Shown in pieces: positions 63,261-64,000 of a stretch of DNA of 64,000 bases (position 1 is the first letter of the stretch; every line of letters starts with the position of its first letter). The notes beneath the pieces are model-generated. The model saw only the letters and a list, made by a program, of their open reading frames with translations. It was not told the origin of the DNA and did no database searches. The stretch is from Thermoanaerobaculia bacterium. Lineage in GTDB: Bacteria > Acidobacteriota > Thermoanaerobaculia > UBA5066. Both the position numbers and the translations under genes were made by a program. Location of the stretch: assembly GCA_963719225.1 (NCBI GenBank), contig CAVRAY010000001.1, positions 1,088,001 through 1,152,000 of the forward strand, read 5' to 3'.

Positions 63261-64000
63261 GTGCGTGCGCCTCGAGCGCGACGGCGAGGTTCGGGTCGTT
63301 CGCCGGAATCAGGGACCGCGTTCCGAGCTCGCGCGCGAACGCCGCGAGCCAAAAGCCGAAGAGCGCGACGGGCGTCGTGAGGTCCAGCCAGTGGACGTTC
63401 AAGCTGCCGGGATGGAACGCGGGAGAAGCGAGCCAGAAGAGATCCACCCACCGCATGAAGAGGAGGAGGCCCGCGGCCCACGCCAGCTTGCGGATGTCGC
63501 GCTTGAAATCTCGAGAGAGGAGGAAGACGAAAGGCACGGCGAATTGAAAGACGGCGAGGAACACCGACAGGGCTCCCCAGAGGCCGTTGAGGCGGGAATG
63601 GAAGAAGCCGATCTCCTCAGGCAGGTTTCCCGACCAGATGATGATGAGCTGCGAAACCGCGAAGTACGCCCAGAGCATCGTGAAAGCCAGAAGGAGGTTT
63701 CCGTGGTCGTGCACGTGGCGGGGCTGGAGGACGCCGCGCATCGGCCCCTTTCGCACGAGGAAGAGGCTGATGAGGAGCGTGAACGACATGCCCGAAATGG
63801 CCTGGCCGCCGACCACGTACATGCCGTAGATCGCCGAGAACCAGTGAGGGTCGAGCGACATGAGGAGGTCCACGGAGGCGATCGTGACGAGGAGGCAGTA
63901 GACGACGAGGCCGGGAGCGGCGACGAGCTGCATCCGGCGCTCGAGGCCCGGCACGGGCGCGTCGTCCTGCTTTTTCGAGAGGCGGCTCAACGCCTGCGCG
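63253..64000 (-). CDS. actF: Alternative complex III subunit ActF (5' end outside window)
   Basis: D..MSLDPHW.S, HD.G.LL.AF..LWAY...SQ..IIW.GNLPEE. Confidence 0.88.
   Translation of the reverse strand, partial: AQALSRLSKKQDDAPVPGLERRMQLVAAPGLVVYCLLVTIASVDLLMSLDPHWFSAIYGMYVVGGQAISGMSFTLLISLFLVRKGPMRGVLQPRHVHDHGNLLLAFTMLWAYFAVSQLIIIWSGNLPEEIGFFHSRLNGLWGALSVFLAVFQFAVPFVFLLSRDFKRDIRKLAWAAGLLLFMRWVDLFWLASPAFHPGSLNVHWLDLTTPVALFGFWLAAFARELGTRSLIPANDPNLAVALEAHAHG

Overview
High-GC (about 70%) chromosomal window. The gene set (Oar-type TonB receptor, caa3 oxidase with ActF, short LeuA) suggests Acidobacteriota, which is an inference. Left part: a LysR gene divergent from an attenuator-controlled ilvD-ilvB-ilvN-ilvC-leuA-leuB-ilvE-ilvA operon that lacks leuCD. 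About 12.9-28 kb: an 'inverted-integrase' integron. intI is followed by two coupled ORFs, a clear attI, and a minus-strand cassette array (toxin-antitoxin (TA) pairs, GNAT, VOC, DHFR-like, cupin, GYD) whose attC sites are heavily parasitised. Two copies of one IS1111/IS110 element and a second, unrelated IS1111 element sit in attC sites, two of them stacked about 10 bp apart in one attC. There are also remnants of a third IS1111-like element, an IS3 and an IS481. The 3' non-coding ends of both intact IS1111 types contain readable bridge/seekRNA-like loops whose guide segments match the attC target and the element's own circle junction. Right part: housekeeping genes (etfBA, Fe-S/CCG oxidoreductase, yraN, tRNA-Gly, USP/CBS/hemerythrin, TonB receptor, rfbBA, frameshifted trpB2, malic enzyme, vapBC, ABC exporter pair, relBE-like pair, caa3 oxidase and alternative complex III). 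A dispersed AT-rich motif, ACCTTCNAAGAAA, recurs across the window.
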